A DNA stretch of 64,000 nucleotides from Squalus acanthias (GCA_030390025.1 CM059432.1:139688001-139752000), one strand, 5' to 3'. Positions 12,889 to 25,289 are shown, counted from the first letter of the stretch. Numbers and translations: made by a program. Notes: generated by a model not told the origin, from the sequence alone.

Positions 12889-15037
12889 GGCCGCGATTTC
12901 GCCGACCGAGACGGGTTCAGGGCAGCTGAGATTGGTGTCGCGGTCCCTGCCTGCTTCCTACTGCAGCCCGCACTCTCCAAGCGATTTTTTGTTGATTGGG
13001 CTCGTGAGGTTCCCAGCCAATTAATGGGAAGCGGGTCTGATGACGTCATTCATCATCAGCCAGTTTCTTTAAAGGGGCTATGTCCAAATTGATCTTGACA
13101 GTTCTGCTGTCAGTGTTCTACAGCATTGAGGTGCTGCAAACACTGACAAGCACTGCATAAAGGTGCACGGCTGCACCGAGGCTCTCCCATGACTCCCTCC
13201 ATATGCCTATGGAGGGAGTCACAGCACACAGGGAGGTTCTCTTCCCTTCCAATGGGCGAAAGAGACCTCCCCAGGAGATCAACACAGCCTGGTTGCACAT
13301 TGCACAGGAGGGCAGAAGCAGGGATGTTATAAGGAGGACCATGCTGCAGTGGCGCAAACCTTTCAATGATCTGAGCAGATCACGAAACATTACTGCCAAG
13401 CCACACTCAACCTCATCCTGCTGTGCCACTCATCACATCCACATCACTCTGCCTTCCCTACCCTACTCCTGCACATCTTTATAGAAACATAGAATCTAGG
13501 AGCAGGAGTAGGCCATTCGGCCTGTCGAGCCTGCTCCACCATTCAATACGATCATGGCTGATCATCCAAATCCAGTACCCTGTCCCTGCTTTAATCCCCA
13601 CAGTACACATATCCCACCCTACCACCGTAACCCCACGTATTTAATTCCCCCTAACATATCCCATCCTAGCCCCATAACCCCACATATTTTATCCCCCCCT
13701 AACACTAAGGGTCAATTTATCATAGCCAAATCAACCTAACCCGCACATTTTTGGACTGTGGGAGGAAACCGGAGCACCCGGAGGAAACCCACGCAGACAC
13801 GGGGAGAATGTGCAAACTCCACACAGACAGTCACCCAGAGGTCAGATTCGAACCCGGGTCCCTGGCGCTGTGAGGCACCAGTGCTAACCACTATGCCACC
13901 GTGTTTACTCACACCAACTTACCTTGCACCTCCACCCATCCCTCTCTATCTACATTATCACTTCCCCATCTCACTAGCCACCCCTCACACTCACCCTCAA
14001 TCTACTGTAAGCTTACAAACTAACAACAAGGGCAGGCACCTGGGTGGTTTAGCCAATGTTCATGTGAAGTTTCTGTTAATGTGTTATCAAACATTGAAAT
14101 CTATATTTTCAACACTTTACCTTATTGGACAGATCTGTGCTCACCTTTGGAAGTGTCTTAATGAGTTCCAGTGAATATTGAGACATAACTTTCCACCCCC
14201 CACCCCCCCGCCCAATTCTGAGGAGTTGAAAGGAATGGCTTGGACATTGTCGGGATGCTTTATGGTGCTGGTGTCAACCTGGCGCATCATGTGGCAGCCA
14301 GAGTGTACAGCGTCAAGTGAAGTAAATCTGGCCATGGTGATGCCATCGCTGGCCTCTCGGGCAGCAATGTTGTCGGGTGCTGATGCTCTGTGTCCTGTGC
14401 AGCATCAGGTGATTGCGGAGAAGGTTGGTATTGTTGGTGCTGGGGCTGATCGTGGAGGGATTCAGAGGACCAAGTTGAGATTTTTTCAAGGGCACAGATA
14501 TTGCTGGAATAGATGGCAGCTGAAGTTCAGATGACAGAAGCGATCTGTCAATGGTGAGAGAGCTTGCTCCAAGGAGGTGACAGTGGATAGAGAGTTTACT
14601 CCAAACACTTCCAAACTGCATACAGCTCAAAAGTGTCTTCCAAGTCCTGAAGGTTCAAGCTTCTGACATTGGAAAGTGAACAGCTGTGAAATTGTAGCTT
14701 TCATACCACTTTGCAGCTGTCACCTATTCACAGAATTGGGGAGACATAGACAACCCGATCTACTTACCTGACGAGATCTCCGAACGACGTGAACCCCGTT
14801 AAAAAAGTGGGAGAATAGAAATAGGCTGGCAAAATAGCAGTTAACAAGCATTTAACTATCTTAAATGCCGCCCCCGCTGCTTGGTGTCAGGTATGTTCTG
14901 AAATCGCAGACCCGACACTTTGGAAACTTACATGGAGGCGGGTTTGGAGCGGGTTCCCAACCCGCTGTCAATCATTTCGATTTTGACAGCGGACCTGCCT
15001 CCGAACCCGCACTCTGAGCACCAGCAAAATCGCAGCC
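12889..15037 (+). mobile_element. PIF/Harbinger transposon, internally deleted, with Myb/SANT-like ORF remnant
   Basis: Perfect TTA TSD (12886-12888 and 15038-15040); TIR GGCCGCGATTTCGCCG / CAGCAAAATCGCAGCC; ORF 13203..13484 REVLFP..AWLHIA..RT..QWRKPFNDL. Confidence 0.88.
13481..13905 (-). mobile_element. HE1/V-SINE, full length, nested in the Harbinger element
   Basis: tRNA head GGTGGCATAGTGGTTAGC..GGTTCGAATC, V-domain and CR1-like tail. Confidence 0.88.
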
Positions 15038-15669
15038 TTAGTATCTGAGTTTAGCCCAGACATTATGTACCTATCCTCGTTAGGTAAGGAATTTCACTGT
15101 CCGCAAGCTGCTAGAGGGCTGTCTGTGGAACTGTATCCCAACACAATTTATAGCCTACAGGAGAGGACGAGTAATGGGCATTTTGTAATCCGTCTATTAG
15201 TAGTTAATAAATTACTTTTACTCAAATATATGGCTTATAAAATATCCATGAAGATCAATCTGAGCATTCAGAATTGAATCATCATACAAAGGTGATTTGC
15301 TCCTCCCATTTCATACTTTTGTAAAATATAGCGAAGTACTTTGATGCATTTGGACTGAATTACATTTACATCTGTACATAGATACACACACATACTAGCT
15401 CGATCCTAACTTTCATCAATTACCTAGTCATTATAATCAACACTTACTTGGGATGAGCCCAGTTAAACTGAAGTCGTTCAATGTTGAACTCCTGATTACT
15501 TTGGTTATTGCTAGGTTTTTAATAACACATGTAGTGCCTCTAATAACGGTATAGCATAATTACCGCAGCTATTTGAAATGTTCGAAAGAAGAGGGAATAC
15601 TTGTGTCCTTCCAGCTAGAGGAGGATCTCCAAAAGTGGTTGCCTGCAAAGGCAAAAAATGGGTGCAATT

Positions 15670-16310
15670 TAAAAAAAAAATTGTTCTTTGCATGTGGGTG
15701 ATGTTGGCAATGCCAAATTTATTGCCCATCCCTAGTTGACCCAAGGTGGTAGTGTTGGGCCTTCTCCTTTAACCACGGCAGTGCTTGTGGTAATGGTGCT
15801 CCCACATGGTGTTAGATAGGGAATTCCAGGATATTGACCCAGTGATGGTGAAGGAATGGCGGCATATGTCCAAGTCAGGGTATGACCTGAAGGGGAACTT
15901 GGAGCTGATGGTCTTCTCAATCACCTGCTGCCTGTATCCTTCTAGGTGGTGGAGCTTGTGGGGTTGGGAGAAGAAGCCTTGGTGAGTTGCTGCAGCGTAT
16001 CCTATAGATAGTACACAGTGCAGCCACAGTACGCAGGTGATAGCAATGCTGCCATGGGCAGGAGTGCCTGTGACAGTTAAGTTGGTGAGGACAATGCCAA
16101 GTAGGTTACTTCCTTGCGTTGATTCCCTCACCAGCTGACGCAGCCCTAGTTTGGCAGCTGTGTCCTTCAGTCAGTGGTGGTACTATGGAGCCACTCTTGG
16201 CGATAGGACATTGAAGTCCCCCACCCAGAGTACATTCAGTGTTCTCGATTCCCTCAGAGCTTCCTCCAAGTGACATTCAACATGGAGGAATACTGATTCA
16301 TCAGTTGAGA
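15670..16310 (-). mobile_element. Degenerate non-LTR retrotransposon 3' fragment, same family as 20150-20712
   Basis: Shared RHSFTITGSISWNSL region and GGGCAATAAAT tail. Confidence 0.7.
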
Positions 16311-16799
16311 TGGCAGGGATGCGGTAAATGATTAAAAAAATGAATAAAATAATAATTTAGGTAATTGCAGCAATGATCTAATTTTTTAATGGATTATGAA
16401 AAAGTGAATGGACAAGAAAATATCAAGGCAGGGCTAGCAAACGTTAAATATGCTAACAGTTACTGAACCTTAGGGCTCTCACATCTGGACCTGCCTGAGC
16501 AATTGGTGTTAAAAATTAGTATTTTTGTCTTACTAGATAGCTTTTTGACAAAATAGATTTTATTGATCCCAGTCCTCCCCAGAATTGTCAAGGCTGCCAT
16601 TTTTAGAATCAGGAGTCTAAGCAACTAACTTAAATCAAGTAATAGTTACAGATTCAAGCAATGGATAAAAAAAGGTCGCTGCTGGGAAATGCTAAGGGTT
16701 AGCAAGTCCAGTGATTCTTTAAGTTAAAGCCGTAATTAAGTATATTTGTAATAGATTCCTTCAAAAAAAAAAGCATTTTTAAAAAGTTTTGAAACATAC

Positions 16800-16946
16800 C
16801 GTTGAAGAATTCTTAAAAGTTTTTGACTTTTGATAGGGTATTTTTCATGAATTCCCAGATATGCAGCATGCGTACCCTTGTCAGTGAGGCTACTGAATGC
16901 TGCATGGTTCTCAGGCAACTGCAGTAAAGAACGCCAAATAAACATC
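16800..16946 (-). CDS. TBC1D31: TBC1D31 exon 10 (TBC domain)
   Basis: cag|..MFIWRSLLQLPENHAAFSSLTDKGTHAAYLGIHEKYPIKSQKLLRILQ(R)|gtatgt; 147 nt. Confidence 0.95.
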
Positions 16947-16997
16947 CTGTAATTCAAAATCAAAAAATATAAAAAAGGACTTATTGTTTCGTATAAA

Positions 16998-17282
16998 ATT
17001 ACATAGAATTTACAGCACAGAAACAGGCCATTCGGCTCAACTGGTCCATGCTGGAGTTTATGCTCCACACGAGCCTCCTCCCACCCCTCTTCATCTCACC
17101 CGATCAGCGTATCCTTCTATTCCTTTCTCCCTCATGTGTTTATCTAGCTTCTCCTTAAGTGCATCTATGCTATTCGCCTCAACTACTCCTTGTGGGAACG
17201 AGTTCCACATTCTCATCACTCTCTGGGTAAAGAAGTTTCTCTTGAATTCCCTACTGGATTTATTAGTGACTACCTTATATTG
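16998..17282 (-). mobile_element. CR1 3' fragment
   Basis: KRNFFTQRVMRMWNSFPQGVVEA; related to 25290-25700 and 44700-44969. Confidence 0.85.
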
Positions 17283-17966
17283 ATAGCAACCTTTCCTTAT
17301 GCAAACTGTAAATGTTAACATAAAATCGTGTTTATTACAAATTTGCGAAGATATAAATTACATTGACATTTTGGTTTCCTTCATAATTGTACTCAAAACT
17401 CATCTCTCGACCATGGTAAAGGCAGTTTTTAAAAACTGTGTCATACAATGCACTGGATTTGACTCCCAGTCTGTACTGGTAGCCAATCTCAGCCATGGCA
17501 GTAATGCTGAAGGGGCTACAAGTGGCTTCAGACCCCTGGACTAGGGAGGGGAAAAATCAACCAGTGTTCCCACTTTTGATAACTATCCCCCCGACTCCTA
17601 GTGGGAAGTGTGCGTGTGCAGATATGGTGCGAGGACCTGACTGTGGTATGGCTGTGATGCCCCCCATGAACAAAACTGCACGCAAACAACTCATTGTCCG
17701 TTTGCATTCATTTTAAATCAATTCCATTTTTTTCCCCACCAAGTCCAGAACAAACTGAACATGTAGGTATTGGGTGAGGGGGGGGGGGGGGGTGAAAGAG
17801 GAGAGGAGAAGTCAACAATGAGCATTACATCAAACTGCTTAAAATTCCTTCAGTCTAGCTTACATTAATTATATAATTATTATAGACATATATGGATGTT
17901 AAAACAAAATCTAGCTGCAGGCACTAAATTAAGTTGTAGGTACTATCTAACATTTCAGCAGTGTAC

Positions 17967-18046
17967 CTGTACTTTACTGGATATTCTCCAAATTCTTTCA
18001 GCAGGGCCTGTAGCCGCTTTTTATTAAGACCCGCTGGAAGCACACT
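17967..18046 (-). CDS. TBC1D31: TBC1D31 exon 9
   Basis: tag|SVLPAGLNKKRLQALLKEFGEYPVKY(R)|gtacac; 80 nt. Confidence 0.94.
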
Positions 18047-18244
18047 CTAAAATATTGTGAAGAGAACAAAAAAAAAATCACAAATTATTTCTCTTTTCCA
18101 AACAGGGTAAACTGGTGTGTCACTAGTTGAAAATATTTTAACATTTGTTGTTAACTGATTACCACGTGGTCTCAAATTCTTTTTTTGAGCCAATTTCATT
18201 TAAAATCAACCCCCCACCCCAATCCCCACCCCCTGCCTTCTGAC

Positions 18245-18439
18245 CTCTTTGTCCTCCAGTAGGGTGCCAGATGGTTTTAGGATCCTGGTCTGGATTTTCT
18301 TCCCAGCTGACTTTCCTCCCCAAGGTCTTTCTACTCTTCCAGACATCACTCTCATTTTCAGGCCAGACGGATCATTCTTATTTTTAGAATCCTTGGTCTT
18401 CTCGCTGTCTGCAACAACTTTAACCAGTGGAGGAGGAGG
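18245..18439 (-). CDS. TBC1D31: TBC1D31 exon 8 (linker)
   Basis: cag|PPPPLVKVVAD..KIQTRILKPSGTLLEDKE|gtcaga; 195 nt. Confidence 0.92.
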
Positions 18440-18914
18440 CTGGAGAAGAAAAAAAAACAATTGCCATGAGACAGTACAATTTCCTCCACTTGCACTGGTT
18501 TCTTCCAGAAGTCTGCTCCTAACACAGTATTAACCAGAATTATAGCCAATGTTGTGAATTCAAAGCAGTAAGTGATGGCCCCATCACAGTCACTGTATTC
18601 TAAACGCTATGGCACTGTAAATTGAGAAACAAGAGAACTGCACGATCACACTTGCTGAAAGACTAGCTATTCTGCCAGGATTGTAATGCAGAATAAAGCA
18701 TAGTTTATTCCTTACATGTACTGTATCTGCAGAACAGAATACAATAAATGTTACGAATTTGTCATGGAGTACACCTTTTAAAAAAATATATATAAAGTGA
18801 TATCCAGCATTGCACTGCATAGAAACACAGACAATACAAGTACTCAATGTGAGACAATAATTTATTTTCACTTTGAAAATTATAACTTTGTAGGCACAAC
18901 ATTTTTGGTAAAAA

Positions 18915-19355
18915 AAACTTCCATTTCTACAGCACCTTTCACATTCTTAGGACGTCCCAAAGCACTTCACAGCCAATGAAGTACTTCTGAAGTGTAGTCA
19001 CTGTTGTAAGGTAAGCAAACATGGCAGCCACTTTGCACACAGCAAGCTCCCACAAACAACAATGAAATAAATGATCAGACAATCTGTTCTTAGAGGTGTT
19101 AGTTGAGGGATAAATGTTGGCCAGAAGAACTCCCCTGCTCTTCTTCAAATAGTGCCATGGGATCTTTGGCGTCCACTTGAGAGTACAGATGAGGGCTCAG
19201 TTTAACGTCTCATCCGAAAGACAGCACCTCAGATAGTGCAGCGGCTCCCTCAGTGGGAGTATCCACCTCGATTTTGTGCTCAAGTCCCTGGAGTGGAGCT
19301 TGAAACCACACAACCTTCTGACTCAGAAGCGAAAGTGCTACCCACTGAGCCACAG
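18915..19355 (-). mobile_element. DeuSINE-type SINE
   Basis: tRNA head, Deu-like domain and L2-like tail. Confidence 0.85.
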
Positions 19356-20149
19356 CTTCAAAACACTGTTTAAAATAAAAGGCAGAGTTATCGCGCTTGA
19401 CAAAGGCCTGGACGATTCAGCCAGAGCTGGTACTTGGCCCGAGGACATAAAAGGGCCTGCAAAAAATAAAATAAATTTATACCCTCACATTAGCAGAGGG
19501 ATTTACAAAAGTACAAATGTGTCCCATCTGTAGAAAGATTTCCTTATTTACGTCAAAAAAGGTCCCTTTCTCTATTCAGGAAAACTATTAGAAGATGCCC
19601 GAGAGAGAAGGCATTAGCCAAGGAATAGTGGGTGTTATTGGGAGCTAAAACAACAAAAACAAGTTCAAGAAAATTCTCAATACGTTTCAATTCACCTTCA
19701 TTACTCAGGCTCACAGTTTACTCAATAAAAAAAGTGATAACATAGGCTTATCATGCCATAGAATCATACAGCACAGAAGAAGGTAATTCAGCCCATTGTG
19801 CCTGTGGCAGCTCTTTGAAAGAGCTACTCAATTAGTCCCACTCCCCCTGCTCTTTCCCCGTAGCCCTGCAAATTTTTCCTTTTCAGTATTTATCCAATTC
19901 CCTTTTGAAAGTTACTATTGAATCTGCTTCCACTGCCCTTTTCAGGCAGTGCATTCTTGAATGCATTTTATTTCATATTAAAATAAAGGATCAAAAAAAC
20001 TGTAAAAAATAAGGCAGACAGCAGCTGTACTTGACTAAAATTGGCAATACAAAAACTCAGAGCAGTGAATATTGAACAGATGCTACTTTTATGTCTATAT
20101 CCATTTTGCCATTTGTTTGCTAAAAAATAGCAAACAACAGACAAAAAGG

Positions 20150-20712
20150 CTAGGTATTCTGTGTCTCACCTCATGACTCCCCAAAGCCTTTCCACCATCT
20201 ACAAGGCACAAGTAAGGAGTGTGATGGAATACGCTCCACTTGCCTGGATGAGTGCAGCTCCAACAACACTCAAGAAGCTCGACACCATCCAGGACAAAGC
20301 AGCCCGCTTGATTGACACCCCCTCCACCACCGGAGTACCGTGGCTGCAGTGTGTACCATCGACAAGATGCACTGCAGCAACTCGCCAAGGCTTCTTCGGC
20401 AGCACCTCCCAAACCCGCGACCTCTTCCACCTAGAAGGACAAGGGCAGCAGGCGCATGGGAACACCACCACCTCCAAGTTCCCCTCCAAGTCACACACCA
20501 TCCAGACTTGGAAATATATCGCCGATCCTTCATCGTCGCTGGGTCAAAATCCTGGAACTCCCTCCCTAATAGCATTGTGGGAGTACCTTCACCACACGGA
20601 CTGCAGCGGTTCAAGGCGGCGGCGGCTCACCACCACCTTCTCAAGGGCAATTAGGGATGGGCAATAAATGCTGGCCTTGCCAGCGACGCCCACATCCCAT
20701 AAAAACGAATTA
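20150..20712 (+). mobile_element. Non-LTR retrotransposon 3' fragment (CR1/L2 group, family unassigned)
   Basis: YKAQVRSVMEYAPLAW..LDTIQDKAARLI and RRSFIVAGSKSWNSLP; 3' tail GGGCAATAAATGCTGGCC. Confidence 0.8.
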
Positions 20713-20777
20713 AATTTTTTTTTTTAAATGTCTGTAGGAGATTACTCCTTTCCTCATCAACTCAGATGCCAACATCT

Positions 20778-21193
20778 GGGAGCATAGTGGTTATGTTACT
20801 GGACCAGTAATCCAGATCCCTGGACTAATGATCCAGAGATGCGAGTTCAATTCCCACCACAGCAGCTGTGGAATTTAAATCTGGAATAAAAATCTAGTAT
20901 CTACTGGATTGTCGTAAAAACTAATGAACTGGTTCACTAATGTCCTTTCGGGAAGGAAATCTGCTGCCTAGTCTAGCCTATATGGGACTCCAGACCCACA
21001 TCAATGTGGTTGACTCTTGCCTGCTCTCTGAAATGGCCTAGCGAGTCACTCAGTTGTACCAAACCACTACAAAAAAGACCTCCACCACACTGCAGTGGTT
21101 TAAGGTGGCTCACCACCTTCTCAAGGGCAATTCGGAATGGGCAATAAATGCTGGCCATGCCAGTGACGCCTAAATCCCGTGAACGAATAAAAA
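20778..21193 (+). mobile_element. tRNA-derived SINE sharing the 3' tail of the adjacent LINE
   Basis: A-box GCATAGTGG and B-box GAGTTCAATTCCC; about 21085-21193 matches 20592-20712. Confidence 0.7.
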
Positions 21194-21457
21194 AGATGCA
21201 GTACTAAACTACAACTGAAATCGCATGTAATCGCTATAAAGATTCTCTGTACAGTACTTCAGTAGCATTTATGAAAGTTAGAGAAAAATGCAAAGCAATT
21301 CAACATTTTATTAAATCTCAGTAATAGCAAAATAAAATGTTAATCTTGTTCTATTTTTATGTTGCTATGAAAATCCTCAAATCACGACTGAAATTCACCA
21401 TAAAAAGTGAAGGTTTTGCATCTATTTTATTAATATTGCTTCCAATAAACTGAATAC

Positions 21458-21658
21458 CTTATTTAGTTCCTGTGACAAAGCTCTGACACTGTAAATGCCA
21501 AGGCTGCCATCCTCTAAGACAGCTGCAATGTAGTGTCCATTAGGACTGACCGCCACCGTGTGAATTCCATTATCAAGGCTTCCAATGTCAAAAAGCAGTT
21601 TGCAGGTCTGGATGTTGATAAACCTCATGATGCCATCCTGGCTCAGGACTCCAATGAC
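21458..21658 (-). CDS. TBC1D31: TBC1D31 exon 7
   Basis: cag|VIGVLSQDGIMRFINIQTCKLLFDIGSLD..ALSQELNK|gtattc; 201 nt. Confidence 0.95.
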
Positions 21659-21978
21659 CTGCAACATTGGTCAAACACATCATTTGCAACAACAACAGAA
21701 GTTAAATCAAACGGCGATACGACATCAATGGAATACGTAACACGCCAATGATGAAAGAGCCACATTTTGTAGTAAATTAAACGTTCAATACGGCATTCGC
21801 TCAAATTAAGGAGCTTAATATTCTAAATTTAACATAACTAGGCTTCTTAAAAACATCCATATTTTTAGGTATACTTGCACCTGAAAACTATTCAGCCCAT
21901 TGAAGTTCAAATTCCAGAAAGAATCTGTAGTGCTCCCCAACCCCCACCCCTCCAATCACATCATCTGTATTTATAAAT

Positions 21979-22186
21979 AATTGAGAGGTCGCACAACACC
22001 AGGTTATAGTCCAACAGTTTTATTTGAAATCACAAGCTTTCGGAGCTTACTACTCCTTCGTCAGGTGAAGGCGAAGGAGTAGTAAGCTCCGAAAGCTTGT
22101 GATTTCAAATAAAACTGTTGGACTATAACCTGGTGTTGTGCGACCTCTCAATTTTGTCCACCCCAGTCCAACACCGGCACCTCCGC
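21979..22186. mobile_element. Penelope-like insertion with inverted terminal duplication and hammerhead motif
   Basis: Perfect 82-bp inverted arms 21979-22060 and 22072-22153; 12-bp TSD TTTATAAATAAT (21970-21981 and 22187-22198). Confidence 0.8.
22031..22067 (-). ncRNA. Minimal type I hammerhead ribozyme motif (putative)
   Basis: CAC CUGACGA A GGAG uaguaag CUCC GAAA GC UU GUG: intact core, stems I and II, palindromic AAGCUU in place of stem III. Confidence 0.6.
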
Positions 22187-22708
22187 TTTATAAATAATGA
22201 CAGGGTTTTTACCTCCACTACTCCACCTGGAAATCTGCTTCACCAATAATCATCTTTGCAGGAAGACCAACTCCCTGACACCAGTCCCAAATCTGCTTTT
22301 CACTAGTTTGAACCCATGCCTGCTTGTCCTACTGTCACAGTTTAGATTGAAGTAGTATTCCAGATTTGCCTTTATTGCCCAGTTTACTATTTGAAATTAG
22401 CTGGATTTTCCATCCATTCATAATTGTTGGACAGAAAATCCAGGCCCTGTATTATCTCTCTCAATCACCTCTTTTTGAGGTGGAACAGTCGAAGCTTTTC
22501 TAGTCTTTCTTCATCACTCAGGATCAACCCCTGACCTTAGATCTGCTCTGCAGCAGCTCCTGGGCTTGGATGTCACCCTTGTGTCTCAGTGGTTAAAACT
22601 GGACTCAGTACTCCAGGTACTGCACAGCGCTAACGTGACATCCTCCAACCAGTACTCTATTTTGGCCATTGACGCAAACATCAGCTCCCCCTCGACTGAA
22701 GCGCTCAC

Positions 22709-22868
22709 CTGGCTCGAGCCGCCATCAAAACTATCAGGGAGAAATTCCAGATGTCGAACAGTTCGCACTTTTGGAGGCAACTGAATTATCCGCTGCAGCT
22801 GCCTGGCGTTCAGGCACCAGAGGTGAAGAAAGTTGGATTTTCCTCCTGCTACAAGAGCTCGACCATCC
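22709..22868 (-). CDS. TBC1D31: TBC1D31 exon 6
   Basis: cag|..DGRALVAGGKSNFLHLWCLNARQLQRIIQLPPKVRTVRHLEFLPDSFDGGSSQ|gtgagc; 160 nt. Confidence 0.95.
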
Positions 22869-23014
22869 CTGTAAGTATTAAGATTGACATAAATCCTGAT
22901 TGGCAAGATATGTATTTACGGGGCTCAGAGTGCACCACTGTAGAAAGAGGGAGGGAGTCAGGAGGAAGATAGTACTGCAATCACATATATTGTACGAGGA
23001 ATGTTAACTAAGGT

Positions 23015-23410
23015 TCTCCTGTGGCTCAGCGAGTTGAGTAACTGAGCCATACGGACCAGAAGATCTCAGCTTTGAGCCCTGTTTTATGCCAAGTTAACTG
23101 ATCTCAGCCGGAGTGCCAGCAAGGGTGTTCTAATCAGCCTCAGCATCCAGGGTTGGGGGAATGGGGGGGGGGTTTGGGAAAGCTAGCCAGCAACTCTTGT
23201 TGAAGTGCATGTGTGAGGATAGTGGATAAGGACAGAAAATAGATTCGGACACGTTGTCCTCCCATCCTGCAGCTGAATAGCTGACAGACATCTCGCCGTC
23301 AAGGATCTGACCGGTTAAGACGGCCACTTAGGCGAGGTACTTGAAGATATTGAGCGCTTATGGAACTACACACCAGCAAGGAGTCATATGCCTTCAAAAG
23401 GGGAGGGAAG
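23015..23410 (+). mobile_element. Old SINE-like dispersed repeat, family unassigned
   Basis: GTGGCTCAG head and CTGATCTCAGC motif; degenerate relatives near 17440-17710, 30230-30625(-), 34860-35100, 43900-44260(-), 52640-53015(-), 58910-59220. Confidence 0.55.
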
Positions 23411-23691
23411 AAAATAAAGTTTTTTTAAAAACTTATCCAAAAAAAAGTTAACTAATTAAACTTTTATAACCCTTTGATGAATGAATATTGTACTTAATAA
23501 AGTACAGTACAATATTTCTTGATACTATAATACTTTTTTTTTAACTATTTAAAAAAGTATCCAGTTGAACACGATTTGCCTTTAAACCATGATTGTCATT
23601 AGGTAGAATGTATGGAAGTGTGCGCCAAAACAGAGAAAACCCAATGGTTAAACGGTAAAACAAATACCCCCAAAAAATTATCCAAAAGATG

Positions 23692-24047
23692 AATTTCAAA
23701 ATGATGAAGGGTTTTGATAGAGTAAATAAGGAGAAATTGCTTTCACCGGCAGGAGGGTCGGTAACCAGAGGACATAGATTTAAGTTAATTGGCAAAAGAA
23801 CCAGAGGGGAGACAAGGAGAATTTTTTATTTTTTTTACGCAGCGAGTTGTTATTATCTGGAATGCACTGCCTGAAAGGGTGGGGTGGAAGCAGATTCAAT
23901 AGTAACTTGGATATATACTTGAAAAGGGAACATTTGCAGGGCTACGGGGAAAGAGCAGGGGAGTGGGACTAATTGGATAGCTCTTTCAAAGAGTCGGCGC
24001 AGGCACGAAGGGCTGAATGTCCTCCTTCTGTGATGTGTGATTCAATG
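23692..24047 (+). mobile_element. CR1 3' fragment
   Basis: FKMMKGFDRV..TRGHRFK plus CR1 tail. Confidence 0.85.
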
Positions 24048-24134
24048 AAAAAAAAACAAATCCCAAAAACAAGGTAATTGGAATGCATGTTTCTTCCTAA
24101 AATAGGTCATATCAAAACCCAATACATATCCTAC

Positions 24135-24286
24135 CTGGTGACAGCAAAAGCTTTATAATTTATCCGGGATTCATCTTCTGGTACTGGTAATTGGTACTTG
24201 CAATGTAGTGTGTCACTTTCCCAGGCAAAGATAGAATCATCTTTGAAGCAACTGAGGATCGTGTTACTCAGTGGAAGGAAATAAAC
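24135..24286 (-). CDS. TBC1D31: TBC1D31 exon 5
   Basis: tag|VYFLPLSNTILSCFKDDSIFAWESDTLHCKYQLP..YKAFAVT..|gtag; 152 nt. Confidence 0.95.
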
Positions 24287-24374
24287 CTATATTACAAAAG
24301 AAAGGAGAACAAATTACCATCCACTTCACAAGTTTCTTGCACTTGTGAAAATGGAGAACAGAATGTTCCTTCAA

Positions 24375-24837
24375 AGAAAGGACTTATATTTATATAGCGC
24401 CTTTCACGACCTCAGGATGTCCCAAGGCGCTTTACAGCCAATTAAGTACATTTGAAGTGTAGTCACTGTTGTAATGTAGGAAACGCAGCAGCCAATTTGT
24501 GCACAGCAAGCTCCCACAAACAGCAATGTGTTAATGACCAGATAATCTGTTCTGGTGATGTTGATTGAGGGATAAATATTGGCCAGGACACCGGGGATAA
24601 TTCCCCATCTCTTCTTCGAAATAGTGCCATGGGATCTTTTATGTCCACCGTAAAAGACGGGACCTCGGTTTTACGTCTCATCAGAAAGACGGCACCTCCA
24701 ACAGTGCAGCACTCCCTCAGTGCTGCACTGGATTGTCAGCCAAGATTTTTGTGCTCAAATCTCTGGAGTGGGACTTAAACCCACAACCTCCTGACTCAGA
24801 GGCGAGAAAGTGCTACTAACTGAGCCACGGCTGACAC
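24375..24837 (-). mobile_element. DeuSINE-type SINE, near full length
   Basis: Homologous to 28672-29125. Confidence 0.85.
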
Positions 24838-25289
24838 ACAATGGCTTAATAGGCACGAACAGCAAGTATATTTTCCCCTTCAAGATGGGTTATGGTTTTT
24901 TGGGCACATTCATCAGAAGGCTTAGTGTTTTAACAAAAGATTTTTAAACTGCAAGCGGCATCAACCGCACAGCACTTCAGACTGCTAACCTGCCTTCTGT
25001 TGCAATTACAAATTGTTTGAACATTAAAGTGCTTCAAAGGCAACAGTTGTTACAACAAAGCTTGGGTTAACATAATCCTACAGTAGTCAAGAGAACCACA
25101 ATGCATCTGCCACTTACGTGCATCAAGAGTTTCAACATTGTATTGTCAGTTCTGTATGGGTTTCTTCAGATCTGCATCAGTAAAACACCTCACCACTGCA
25201 CTTCTCTGTTCATCCACAAGCAGAAGCAGCACCATAACTTAATAATTGTGCCAACATTATTAGACTGGAGAAAGGGCAAAAAAGATTTG

